64,000 nucleotides of DNA from IMG/VR virus record IMGVR_UViG_3300037264_007501, positions 7,399 through 71,398 of that record; one strand, 5' to 3'. A program made the position numbers and the translations under genes. How positions within the stretch are numbered: position 1 is the first letter of the stretch; each line of letters opens with the position of its first letter. Below are positions 28,295 to 37,594 of this stretch, one piece after another. Below the pieces are notes generated by a model. That model was not told the DNA's origin and searched no databases. It worked only from the letters and a program-made list of their open reading frames with translations. The DNA comes from a virus.

Positions 28295-30727
28295 ATGGCT
28301 TATCGCAAACCAGCAGTTACGGTTATCCAAGAATTTCTAGGACTGGTGCCGGCACTGGCGCCGTTCTCCCTTCCATCGGTGGCGGTTGGAGCTACCTACC
28401 AGCTGGTCGACAATGACCTCCTCGGTACTTACGTCGGCAACCTTCAAGCCTACCCCTACGCCAGTAAGATGGCCGGGGCCGCGGTCGACCTCGAGGAGGA
28501 AGATCCGGAAGAGCTCTACCCCGCCACGAAGAAGCCCATTGAAGTTACTTTGAAAAACGCGGTCGTAGAAGTGCTGACCTCGCAGACGACCGGACGTGGC
28601 GTGGGCACGTCCTTTTCGGATGTGTCCGTTGGGCAGTTCGCTGACGTCCTGGCTGGTGACCTGGTCGTCATCATCCCCTCTTTGGGAGTGGAGATCATTG
28701 CCCCGCAGACGGACGGTGTGAGTGCCGCGGCTACGCCCACGGTTTTGACCGCCGGCACCCCTGGCCAATTCGCCGACGTTCTGGCCGGCGATATTGTCAC
28801 GGTCACGGCCGGCACCAACGCCGTCCCCGGAGTGTTCACCGTATTGGTGAACACGGCCGGCAACTCGCTGAAGCTCGATAGCAGCGTCAACACCGGCGGC
28901 GGCGCGAGCACGGACACGGCCTACTCCATCGCGGGCGACCGGGGTGTGGTTACCGAGGGCTCGTACCGTGTGCGGAGCAAGACCGACCCCAACACTTTGG
29001 TCCTTGAAGGCGCTCTGGCCCAGGCCGAATACCCGCTGACCTACTCAGTCAACCGGGAAGTGGCCTTGATTGTCGTCGACCGGGATCCGCTGACTGGGTT
29101 CACCCCGATCGCAGCCAGCATCTCCTTGCCGGCGGCCCTGAGCGTTGCCGCGGGCCCCATTCTTTCCGCTGATGTGTACGCGAATTACCGCGCTCTCCGG
29201 AACGACAAGGCCGCGACCGTACTGGAATACGCGAAGCTCGCGGATCTCCAGGCCGACTTTGGCGTGACTCAGATCACCCCTCAGAACCCGCTGGCCTACG
29301 CGCTGTCGCTCATGCTTCAGAACACGGTCACGCCGGTCAACGGACTCGGCCTGGACGGCCTGGCCGTCACTGACGAGAGCCTGTCCTTTCTGAACGCGGC
29401 CGACGTACTGGGCATGACCGAAATGTACGCCATCGTTCTGCTGACGCAGAATCCGGCCATCCACCAAATCTACAAGACTCATGTGGAAGGTCAGTCTGCT
29501 CTTCAGAAAGAGCGCGTGGTCATCGTCAACAGGACGATCAAGCTGGAAGAGACGCTGGTGCCGACTTCGACCACGTCCGTCGCTACCAGTGGCGCCAGGA
29601 TCATCGTCAACACGCAGCTGGACGGCGACGCGCTCGTTGCCTTCCCCACGATCTTGAACGACGCGACCCCGGATGCCTTCTTGAATGTGCAGCCGGGCGA
29701 CTCCGTCGTTATCGTCGGTGGAACCAATTCGGTACCGGGCACCTACACGGTGGTCAGCAAGCAGAGCTCGAACCAGATCACGCTCTCGGGCAACGTTGTC
29801 GTTGGTGGCAACTCGACGGACCTTCAGTACTACATCGTCCGCAGGGACGGTCTCAGCTTCAACGGGACCACCTTCTACGACCGTGAGGCTACCTTCATCA
29901 GCAGCGGCGTCTCGGCTGGCATGATCGTTCGCATCGCCTCTGGCACCTTCGCCGGTGACCAGACCATTGCGTCGGTTACGAGCGAGACCGAGCTGGAAGT
30001 GGCCCAGGTCCCCGGAGTGGTGACGCTGGAAACCGCGGTCGAGTACTCGGTCGTCAGGAACCTGAGCAAGACCGAGCAAGCCGCCTTCATCAGCGGGTAC
30101 TCGGCGGCACTCGCCTCTCGTCGGGTGGTCAACGTTTGGCCAGACACTCTGAGCGCGCCCGTTGGGCAGACTCTGGAGGATGTGCCCGGGTTCTACGGCG
30201 GTTGCGCGATCGGGGCCATCACTACTGGCCTGCCCACTCAGCAGGGGTTCACGAACCTTTCCATCAGCGGGTTTTTGGGGCTGCAGCACAGCACCAAGTA
30301 CTTCACGGACGCGCAGCTCGATACCATCGCGGACGGCGGTACCATGATCTTGGCCCAGGAGGGGGATCAGTCGCCGCTCTTCATCCGGCATCAGCTGACG
30401 ACCGACCGCTCTGCGATCAAGTTCCAAGAGTACAGCGTTACCAAGAACGTGGATTTCATTTCCAAGTTCTTGCGACGGACGTACGCACCGTTCATCGGGG
30501 TCTACAACATCACGGACGCTGCCAAGGATGAGCTTCGCGGGACCGCGAAGGCTGCCCTCAGCTTCCTGAAGGACTCCACCAGGCTGCCTAAGATTGGCGG
30601 CGTCATCAGGGGCGGTCAGTTGGCGTCGTTGATTGAGGACCCGGCCAACATCGACACCATCTTGATGACCTTCCGGTTGGATATCCCGATCCCGTTGAAC
30701 AACCTCATTATCACGGTCCAAGTTTAA
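28295..30727 (+). CDS. tail sheath protein
   Basis: MAYRKPAVTVIQE N-terminus; C-terminal FIRHQLTTD...EYSVTKNVDF...IPIPLNNLIITV; 810 aa with repeated beta insertions. Confidence 0.85.
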   Translation: MAYRKPAVTVIQEFLGLVPALAPFSLPSVAVGATYQLVDNDLLGTYVGNLQAYPYASKMAGAAVDLEEEDPEELYPATKKPIEVTLKNAVVEVLTSQTTGRGVGTSFSDVSVGQFADVLAGDLVVIIPSLGVEIIAPQTDGVSAAATPTVLTAGTPGQFADVLAGDIVTVTAGTNAVPGVFTVLVNTAGNSLKLDSSVNTGGGASTDTAYSIAGDRGVVTEGSYRVRSKTDPNTLVLEGALAQAEYPLTYSVNREVALIVVDRDPLTGFTPIAASISLPAALSVAAGPILSADVYANYRALRNDKAATVLEYAKLADLQADFGVTQITPQNPLAYALSLMLQNTVTPVNGLGLDGLAVTDESLSFLNAADVLGMTEMYAIVLLTQNPAIHQIYKTHVEGQSALQKERVVIVNRTIKLEETLVPTSTTSVATSGARIIVNTQLDGDALVAFPTILNDATPDAFLNVQPGDSVVIVGGTNSVPGTYTVVSKQSSNQITLSGNVVVGGNSTDLQYYIVRRDGLSFNGTTFYDREATFISSGVSAGMIVRIASGTFAGDQTIASVTSETELEVAQVPGVVTLETAVEYSVVRNLSKTEQAAFISGYSAALASRRVVNVWPDTLSAPVGQTLEDVPGFYGGCAIGAITTGLPTQQGFTNLSISGFLGLQHSTKYFTDAQLDTIADGGTMILAQEGDQSPLFIRHQLTTDRSAIKFQEYSVTKNVDFISKFLRRTYAPFIGVYNITDAAKDELRGTAKAALSFLKDSTRLPKIGGVIRGGQLASLIEDPANIDTILMTFRLDIPIPLNNLIITVQV

Positions 30728-30737
30728 GGAGAGCTAA

Positions 30738-31442
30738 ATGCCAGCAACCAATTCTTTTTCAAACTGGGACTTTTACAACTACCACATCCAGAGCGATCTG
30801 GTCGGTGGGCAGTTTGTAAGTGCGGAGTCGACCCTGGTAGCGGCCGGGCCGCCCCAGATCAGTCAGACCTCCGGAGGCGGGACTACCGGGGGTATCTACC
30901 CCATCGGTCTTCTCGAGTCCGTGGGACTCCAGCAGTCCAAGCAGCTGCAGAGGATCTTTGAGATCGGGTCGAACCGGTCTTACTTCATCCCCGGCCGCGT
31001 GATTGGTTCGCTGTCGATCGGGCGCACCTTCTACTTCGGGCCCAGTCTTCTGCGGGTGCTCTACGCTTACTACCGCAGCACGAGAAACAACATCGTCTTC
31101 GGGACCGCTCCTCAAGGGTCGACCATCGTTGTCGACGGCATCGAGGTTCCGGATCCGGCGGCAGTGTTGCTCGATGTGGTTGAGGAGTCGGCGCTCCACG
31201 CCCTTCGCCGGACACCTGGCGAAGATTACTTCTTCGTCGAATTGGCGTCGGACCTCTTCAACCAGCCCACTGGCATGGCTATCTACTTCAAGGACCAGAA
31301 CGCCACCAGCGTTGGTGCCTTGTACTTGGAGTTCTGCTACGTTCAGGGGCATCAGATGTCCATCTCGAGCGGTTCCGTTTTGGTCATGGAAGGTGTTTCC
31401 ATGCAGTACGACCGAATCGTTCCTATCAAGGTAATGGTGTAG
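30738..31442 (+). CDS. tail tube protein
   Basis: Follows the sheath; IGLLESVGLQQSKQLQRIFEIGS.RSYFIPG; YLEFCYVQGH...VLVMEGVSMQYDRI. Confidence 0.8.
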   Translation: MPATNSFSNWDFYNYHIQSDLVGGQFVSAESTLVAAGPPQISQTSGGGTTGGIYPIGLLESVGLQQSKQLQRIFEIGSNRSYFIPGRVIGSLSIGRTFYFGPSLLRVLYAYYRSTRNNIVFGTAPQGSTIVVDGIEVPDPAAVLLDVVEESALHALRRTPGEDYFFVELASDLFNQPTGMAIYFKDQNATSVGALYLEFCYVQGHQMSISSGSVLVMEGVSMQYDRIVPIKVMV

Positions 31443-31444
31443 TT

Positions 31445-31759
31445 GTGGAAAAATTCTGGGCCGGGTTTGAGAAAACCGCAGTATCTGTTGGCCTGGCTAC
31501 CAGGGCAATGGCGTCCCGTGGTTTGCGTACTAACAAGAGCGCGCCCGGTGAGTACGCCAGAATGCTTCGTAGCGGCGGTGTGGATGTTAAAAAATTCATA
31601 CGATCTAACAAGGCCATGAAAGAAGAGGCTAATAGACTCGGAGTTTTGGTCGGCACTGACCGGATGTTAGAGCAGCCAGTCCGCAGCCTTCTCAAAGAAC
31701 CCCATAGTTCCTGGAAATCCGTAAAAGATATTCGAAGCTTCACGAAGGGCAGCAAATGA
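31445..31759 (+). CDS. FWxGFEKxA-leader cargo protein 1 (basic)
   Basis: MEKFWAGFEKTA. Confidence 0.75.
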   Translation: MEKFWAGFEKTAVSVGLATRAMASRGLRTNKSAPGEYARMLRSGGVDVKKFIRSNKAMKEEANRLGVLVGTDRMLEQPVRSLLKEPHSSWKSVKDIRSFTKGSK

Positions 31760-32016
31760 AAACTTTCTGGGCAGGATTTGAGAAGCAGGCCAGCATAGCC
31801 AGCGTCGTAGGTGGTGCAGGTACCGCCGTCAGGCGCGCCGGCGTCGGTATGATGGGCGGAGGCAAAGCGAAGCAGCTTGTAGGCCGCGCCATGATGGGCG
31901 CTGGCAAAGTCGTTGCTCGTAACCCGGTTGCAACCGCGGTGGGTGCTGCCGGAGCAGCGGGCCTCGCCGGCGGATACGTGGCCGGCAAGAGTCAGCCACA
32001 GCCCAGGATGTACTAA
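31756..32016 (+). CDS. cargo protein 2 (Gly/Ala-rich)
   Basis: MKTFWAGFEKQA; ends SQPQPRMY. Confidence 0.75.
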   Translation: MKTFWAGFEKQASIASVVGGAGTAVRRAGVGMMGGGKAKQLVGRAMMGAGKVVARNPVATAVGAAGAAGLAGGYVAGKSQPQPRMY

Positions 32017-32363
32017 TGAGCAATTTTTGGATTGGTTTTGAGAAGCGTGCCGGGGCCGGAGTTCTTGAACCGTTCTCGGCTGTCGGTGGCGCCATTGGCG
32101 GCCGGACGGACAAGGCCAAAGAGAGCAATACCGTGAAGGCCAAGGCGCACGCCTCTAACGTTGTGGACGCCAAAAAAACGCGTAAACAGAACATCATGCA
32201 GTACCTGATCAACCCAGAAACCCCTGGCCCCTTTTCTGAAATAGGGCACAGACTCAGCCGCCGGCACCGGGCTTCGATGGTGGAGCACCCGACTCGCACT
32301 GCACTGATTCCTTTGTACGGCGAGATCCGCGGCGGGAAGGCCGGAGAGAAAGACGTAAAGTGA
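32016..32363 (+). CDS. cargo protein 3
   Basis: MSNFWIGFEKRA. Confidence 0.75.
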   Translation: MSNFWIGFEKRAGAGVLEPFSAVGGAIGGRTDKAKESNTVKAKAHASNVVDAKKTRKQNIMQYLINPETPGPFSEIGHRLSRRHRASMVEHPTRTALIPLYGEIRGGKAGEKDVK

Positions 32364-32716
32364 CACCCTTTTGGACAGCCTTCGAGAAGCAAGCTGGGCT
32401 CGCCGGTGCAGCAGGTGCAGCCTGGGGAAGCGCCCGTACACTCGGTGGTGCTCCTCGAGCGGTTGGAAAGTTTTTCAAGAAGACTACCCGGGCGGCCAAG
32501 TCTGAGTTCCACCGCGGCCTGCGATCGACGGACCCCGCGGCCCGGGCCAAAGACATCGCCAGTGTCGCGGCCAAGCGCCAAGCCCAAGAAGGGCTGGTGG
32601 CCAAGGCAAAGCGTTTACCGTCTCCTGTGAAGGCCCTGGGCCTAATCGGCGCTGGCGTCGCCGGCCATGCGGCCTACTCCGGAAGGGACACCTCGCAGCC
32701 GCAGGGATACTACTGA
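32360..32716 (+). CDS. cargo protein 4
   Basis: MTPFWTAFEKQA; ends SQPQGYY. Confidence 0.75.
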   Translation: MTPFWTAFEKQAGLAGAAGAAWGSARTLGGAPRAVGKFFKKTTRAAKSEFHRGLRSTDPAARAKDIASVAAKRQAQEGLVAKAKRLPSPVKALGLIGAGVAGHAAYSGRDTSQPQGYY

Positions 32717-33324
32717 TGCACACGGCTATCCGCCGCGGAGTTGCCAAATCCATGGATGACATCAGAGACCTTGGCAACCGCGCCTCACAAGAAATTCTGA
32801 AGAGCCCAAAGCTGCATGCAGCTATCAAGCCGCGCCGGCGAGAGGAGAAGACCGCGTTTTGGGTGGGTTTTGAGAAACAGGCCATCAGTACGAAGCTGAT
32901 GCGCAAAGCTATCCGTCGTGCCGAAGACGCCAGAGAGCTCGTCTCCGCCATCAGCCGCGCCGAGGGCTCGGCGGGCGCAGGAGTACTCGCCGGGAAGCAC
33001 GGTGGGCATATTGAGAGGTTCAAGCAAGCTCTGGGCGCGCACATGAGAAAAGGCGAGCTCCCCCTGCAACGTCGCAAACACTTGCGTAAGAAGTTCCGAG
33101 ACAAGGCCTACAGCGGTGCCTTCGTACGTCGAAATCACGCCAATTTATTTCAACGGCTCCCGGTACACCCGCAAGCGTGGCTGGACACTGTGCAAGCTGC
33201 GCGAAAAAACCCGGAAATGGCTGCTGCTCTGAGTAAAGCCATCCCCGAAAATGGACCGCTGGATAAAAAGACTTTGTTTAAGTTGACCGACTACAACATG
33301 GCCCAAAGGAAGAGCTGGAAATGA
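32716..33324 (+). CDS. cargo protein 5 (internal leader)
   Basis: EEKTA-FWVGFEKQA at residues 43-56. Confidence 0.7.
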   Translation: MHTAIRRGVAKSMDDIRDLGNRASQEILKSPKLHAAIKPRRREEKTAFWVGFEKQAISTKLMRKAIRRAEDARELVSAISRAEGSAGAGVLAGKHGGHIERFKQALGAHMRKGELPLQRRKHLRKKFRDKAYSGAFVRRNHANLFQRLPVHPQAWLDTVQAARKNPEMAAALSKAIPENGPLDKKTLFKLTDYNMAQRKSWK

Positions 33325-33836
33325 GCTTTTGGAAAGGATTCGAGAAGCGCGCCGTTAGCGAGAAGTACTTTTCACGCATTGCCAGTGGTGCAAAAGGTGA
33401 CCGGTCTAAAAGGCTGAACAGGGCGGGCGGGCTTTGGCAGGAGCGCATGATGACCGGCACTCGGGGTTCTAGCAGTTACCGAGAAGGCTTTCAGAGCGAG
33501 CTGCACAAAGCCCACGGCGACTGGCGGATGGCCGCTCTCAAGCGAATTCATTCAGAGCCGAAGGACTGGCAAATAGCCGGGTTGGCCGCGGCGGCCGGTG
33601 GAGTAGCCGGCGCGTTAGCGGCGCGGCTCAGAGGTAGTAAGGAAAAGCGTGCTTACCAGGAAAGCTCCGACGAACTGCTAAACACGTTTTACAAGCCGGA
33701 GAAGAAGGCGCCCTCCTTCTTGGACGGTATCGGCACGAGCTCCCAGCTCGATGCCAGAGATATCGGCGAGGGACAGCCGAGGATGTTCAGCCGCAACGAA
33801 GCCATGTCGGACACGTACGCTGGCTTAAGCAGGTGA
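33321..33836 (+). CDS. cargo protein 6
   Basis: MSFWKGFEKRA; internal EKRA and EKKA. Confidence 0.75.
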   Translation: MSFWKGFEKRAVSEKYFSRIASGAKGDRSKRLNRAGGLWQERMMTGTRGSSSYREGFQSELHKAHGDWRMAALKRIHSEPKDWQIAGLAAAAGGVAGALAARLRGSKEKRAYQESSDELLNTFYKPEKKAPSFLDGIGTSSQLDARDIGEGQPRMFSRNEAMSDTYAGLSR

Positions 33837-33837
33837 T

Positions 33838-34524
33838 ATGCGACTTTTTCTCAGAAGCTTTTACAAGACCGCTGGCCTCGCCGAGGTCTCCACCGTTGGT
33901 GTCATCGACGGCGACAAGTTTCTCATGGGTAAGCGCCGGGATAACGGTCGGTATACCAACCCGGGCGGTCACCTGGATCCCGGGGAGGACCCCAAGGCCG
34001 GCGCCAAGCGCGAGCTCGTGGAAGAAGCTGGCATTGACCTGCCGCTGTCTGCCTTCGAGCATCTGACCTCCGAAAAGGTCACCACCCCCACCGGCAAGCA
34101 GTTGATGATCCACGCTTTCAAATGCAACGTGTCAGGGCAGAAGACCACCATGAAGGGAGACCCCGACCAGGAGGTTGAGCGATGGTCCTGGATGAGCACC
34201 AAAGGCGGTCTACCCTCTGAGGTGATGGAGAACCTTCACAGCCCCAAGAACGTGCTCCTGAAGGCACTGGGGCTCATGGAGAAGACCGCTATGGCGTTCT
34301 GGGCAGGGTTCGATAAGCAGGCCCGCAAGCTGACCTCCAAGGCACGCGCTGACCTCCAGGAAGGCAGCTTCGTCTTCCCCCAGGAACGCCGGTATCCCAT
34401 CCATGATGAGAACCATGCCAGGGCTGCTCTCCAGCGGGTGTCGCAGTTTGGCAGCCCCAGTGAGAAGGCCGCGGTCCGCTCGGCCGTGCACTCCCGGTAC
34501 CCGCAGATCCAACAAGAAAAGTAA
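33838..34524 (+). CDS. Nudix hydrolase plus DUF6582-like domain, each preceded by a leader
   Basis: MRLFLRSFYKTA; Nudix box GGHLDPGEDPKAGAKRELVEEAG; EKTAMAFWAGFDKQA; LT...R..L....F.FP.ERRYPIHD..HARAAL. Confidence 0.85.
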   Translation: MRLFLRSFYKTAGLAEVSTVGVIDGDKFLMGKRRDNGRYTNPGGHLDPGEDPKAGAKRELVEEAGIDLPLSAFEHLTSEKVTTPTGKQLMIHAFKCNVSGQKTTMKGDPDQEVERWSWMSTKGGLPSEVMENLHSPKNVLLKALGLMEKTAMAFWAGFDKQARKLTSKARADLQEGSFVFPQERRYPIHDENHARAALQRVSQFGSPSEKAAVRSAVHSRYPQIQQEK

Positions 34525-34856
34525 TGGAAGATTTCCTCCAGAAGCTTCTCAGTAAACTGACCTTCTTGAATGTGAAAGGTGCGCTGGCAAGAGCTGAGTT
34601 CGCTAACCACATTGGGTGGGGCTTCACCATTCCCCTGTTCCTCTACTGGGTAGCTGGCGACATCGCTTTCAACGTTGGCATCGTTAGTTGGTTCGCGTAC
34701 ACGCTCTACAAAGAGCTGATCGTTGACGAGCACCTTGTACTGAGGCTCCGCAAAACGGAGACAGCTGCGTACAGCAAGGATATGTGGACGGACCTGATTT
34801 CTAGGTTGCTCCCAGTGGTCGTTTTGATCACTATCCAGATATGGAAGAAAACGTAA
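34524..34856 (+). CDS. small membrane protein
   Basis: About three hydrophobic segments. Confidence 0.55.
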   Translation: MEDFLQKLLSKLTFLNVKGALARAEFANHIGWGFTIPLFLYWVAGDIAFNVGIVSWFAYTLYKELIVDEHLVLRLRKTETAAYSKDMWTDLISRLLPVVVLITIQIWKKT

Positions 34857-35896
34857 ACGGCTGGTATATCGCCCTTCGGTGGACGCTGTTCGTAGTAGTC
34901 GGGATACCTTTTCAGGTTCTCTGTTACGCGCTCTACCCACTCCTACTGGTGTACTACCGCTTCTACGTTAAGCCCACGAGCGGAGAAAAGCTGGTGTTAC
35001 CAGCAGAGCGCTGGTCGATCGACGAGCTGATTGGGCGCGCTAGTAACGATCGGCTCCGCGACGAGTTCTTTCTGGATATACAGGATGACCACGCGGCCCT
35101 CTGTCATTACGGACTGTGGTTCCTTCGGCCGGGCCTGGCCGCTGGTGGGCTGCGGGCCCTGCTGTACCCCAATGGCGGCCTACGTCGGCGCTATCCCAAT
35201 GACGGGGGTAACCCGGTCAGCGGCGACGCTCTATCAAGCTGGGCTGCTTGCTACGCCATGCACGGCGGGGACAAGGAGCTGCTTAGATCGCTGGCAAAGC
35301 ACTACACCGTCAATTGTATGGGGCTCGGTGCCTACGCCCACGATTGGAAGGTATCCAACCGCTCCTCGAACAGTGGTGTGAACTACGTCTTCGACGGCTG
35401 GAAGGGGATCAACCAGCCCTGTCTGGGGCCGCAGTACTTCACCTCGGCAGCGCTCCTGGCGCTTGCTGCCCGCGACCTGGGTGGCTGGTGGCATGTCGTC
35501 TACTTTTTGCACTGGCTGTTGATGGGCGGCTGGATGTTCTCCATTGTCCCGTTCATCGGCACGCACCTGGCGGATCTCTACTACGTCCAGCACGTTACCA
35601 TGCTGAACCTGTACACGGTGTCTCGATGCAGCCGCAACCCGGTCTACAAGTGGGCCATGAGGTACATCGCCATCCACTGCTCGCCGGGCAAGAACGTGAA
35701 CCCGCTCTTCTACGCGCTGGCAGCGACGGCTCTCACTGAGAGCGAGCGAGAGGAGGCCCTGAAGGTATGCACGCGCATCAAGCACTTGTGGCCGCAGGTG
35801 TCCCCCACCAGCCAGTCCTTCTTCGACTCTGGGATGGACAATGACTTCTACTCAATAGTTGCGGGAGCGGCGGCGATGCTCAGGGGCAAGGCGTAG
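34841..35896 (+). CDS. membrane-associated hypothetical protein
   Basis: N-terminal and internal hydrophobic helices; 351 aa. Confidence 0.65.
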   Translation: MEENVNGWYIALRWTLFVVVGIPFQVLCYALYPLLLVYYRFYVKPTSGEKLVLPAERWSIDELIGRASNDRLRDEFFLDIQDDHAALCHYGLWFLRPGLAAGGLRALLYPNGGLRRRYPNDGGNPVSGDALSSWAACYAMHGGDKELLRSLAKHYTVNCMGLGAYAHDWKVSNRSSNSGVNYVFDGWKGINQPCLGPQYFTSAALLALAARDLGGWWHVVYFLHWLLMGGWMFSIVPFIGTHLADLYYVQHVTMLNLYTVSRCSRNPVYKWAMRYIAIHCSPGKNVNPLFYALAATALTESEREEALKVCTRIKHLWPQVSPTSQSFFDSGMDNDFYSIVAGAAAMLRGKA

Positions 35897-36105
35897 CCTT
35901 GACCACGCGCTCGAGCACGCAGTCTTTCAGCAGCTTCTGCTGCCGGTCGGCGCTGGCCGTGCCCGTGGGATCCGCCTTGAAGTAGCACTGCACGTACTCC
36001 TGCTGGCAGTTCAGCTGGTACTTGTCAGCTCTGGCCATGTAGGGCTGGTTGGCGCTGACCTGGCAAAGGGCGGCGATAGCAATTAGGACATCCATAGGTA
36101 AAATT

Positions 36106-36570
36106 CTACACCAGAGTGTTGAGAACCTCAAAGAGCTTGAGGTTCATTTTGGCAATACTGGTCCCATTCACATTCCACGCCACGGATAAGCCCATGGCCT
36201 TGAAGGTGATTTCCTGTAGGTCCCAGTCGGCCATCGGTAAAAAAATCCTCACTTCTATTGTCTGTGGGATTACCCCGTTCATGACTTTCGCGATCGCGTA
36301 AACCACCCGGTCGATGCTGACCCGCCACGGCTTCTTGGGGTGGAACGCGCTAATGTGCCATACGTAGTCTTCGCCATGGTGCCCGTGGGATATCCGGATA
36401 TACCCGGACTGCTGGTCCACGAGCTCCGGTGCCGAGACTTGATCTACGGCACCGGAGACAACCCTAGAGTAGTCCCCCGGGTCAGCCACCAGGGACTTGA
36501 TGGCTTCCATGAATGTTTCCACCTGCTCTTCAGGTGTATTGAAAATGTCATCGAGGAGGTTCTTTTCCAT
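36106..36570 (-). CDS. hypothetical protein
   Basis: 154-aa ORF in the minus-strand operon. Confidence 0.6.
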   Translation of the reverse strand: MEKNLLDDIFNTPEEQVETFMEAIKSLVADPGDYSRVVSGAVDQVSAPELVDQQSGYIRISHGHHGEDYVWHISAFHPKKPWRVSIDRVVYAIAKVMNGVIPQTIEVRIFLPMADWDLQEITFKAMGLSVAWNVNGTSIAKMNLKLFEVLNTLV

Positions 36571-36579
36571 AGTCTTACG

Positions 36580-36993
36580 CTAAAGATATCTCATGAATGG
36601 AGTTATCTCCAGCCATGGCATGGCCTCCCACGGGCCACCGCTACGAAAGTCGCCAGACACCCAATTGCCAGAGTGTGGAATCAACCTACTCTCTACTAGG
36701 AACATCCTGCCAGCTTCCTTCACAGCTATCAGCCCCACGGCCATGTGGCCAGCGAGGCGCACGCTCTCCATGAAGGTCAGCTGCTCTCCGGAGAATGGGT
36801 GCTTCAATAGCCGCGCCTTATCGCTTGGCCAATCAGAGATGAACTTGCACTCCATAGCCAGCGTGCGGCTGTTGTGCAGGATCAGAAAGTCGCTGATCCC
36901 GATCGTGAACTTGTCAGCGACCTTGATGGCAAATATCCCTGCCTTACGAAGCTGCTTGCTCAAGGCTGCATTGAAATCGCCCTCGGTCTTCAT
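36580..36993 (-). CDS. RecU/VRR-NUC-like PD-(D/E)xK resolvase
   Basis: E.DFN, GISDFLI, MECK, FSGEQLTFM...AG. Confidence 0.7.
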   Translation of the reverse strand: MKTEGDFNAALSKQLRKAGIFAIKVADKFTIGISDFLILHNSRTLAMECKFISDWPSDKARLLKHPFSGEQLTFMESVRLAGHMAVGLIAVKEAGRMFLVESRLIPHSGNWVSGDFRSGGPWEAMPWLEITPFMRYL

Positions 36994-37586
36994 GGGAATA
37001 ACTCCTGTGTCCATTCACGGACTTCGCCGGCGTTAATCTTCGCCAATGGAAAAGAAGACAACCCCCCATGGTGCATCTTCGTAACGATGTGAGGCTCCTT
37101 CTTCTTGGCCTCGAGCATGGCATTGATTATCTGTGGCGACGGCTCTTCCTTGGATATCAGAGCCAGCTCGTCCGCGCAAAAGCACGGCTTGCCGTTGGCC
37201 CACTCCTTTTCAAAAATTGGGGAGAACCGTGGAATCCAAGTCTGATTCGTACAGTGCACTACCAGTGGGGAGAACTTGAACCAGTTCCATCCTTTGGTCA
37301 GAATCTTGGAAAGGCTCGCGTACTGGTCTGCAACCATGCAGTCCATGACCATGGCCTCGAACAGCCTTTGCACATTTTGTTGGTGGTAGCGAAGGCAGGC
37401 GCAGTACTTCTCCTCGTTACCTTCACTGACGGCGGTGCTGATGTTTTTGACTGAGTCTCTGAGGAGACCAGCCATCGTTCGCCACTGGCCCGGCCCCTTC
37501 ATCTCTGCCGAGTAGTCGGCAAAGCTCTCTAGGGCATCGTTTGATACTGCGGCCCTGTAGGACGCGTAATGAGCAGACAGGTTCAT
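36990..37586 (-). CDS. hypothetical protein
   Basis: GAGG RBS; ends WTQELFP. Confidence 0.65.
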   Translation of the reverse strand: MNLSAHYASYRAAVSNDALESFADYSAEMKGPGQWRTMAGLLRDSVKNISTAVSEGNEEKYCACLRYHQQNVQRLFEAMVMDCMVADQYASLSKILTKGWNWFKFSPLVVHCTNQTWIPRFSPIFEKEWANGKPCFCADELALISKEEPSPQIINAMLEAKKKEPHIVTKMHHGGLSSFPLAKINAGEVREWTQELFP

Positions 37587-37594
37587 GTGTCCTC

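Noticed and set aside
29045-30721. 558-aa minus-strand ORF and similar long antisense ORFs (23780..24829, 16462..17256, 61296..62135)
   Set aside because: Shadows of GC-biased genes on the opposite strand with no recognisable motifs
28295-31442. Contractile injection system or tailocin rather than phage
   Set aside because: Capsid, protease and a full replication gene set are present
31445-34330. Regularly recurring ~27-nt DNA repeat suggestive of a CRISPR array or attC cassettes
   Set aside because: Copies differ at synonymous positions, lie in frame inside ORFs and are 260-970 nt apart, so this is a protein motif rather than a DNA repeat
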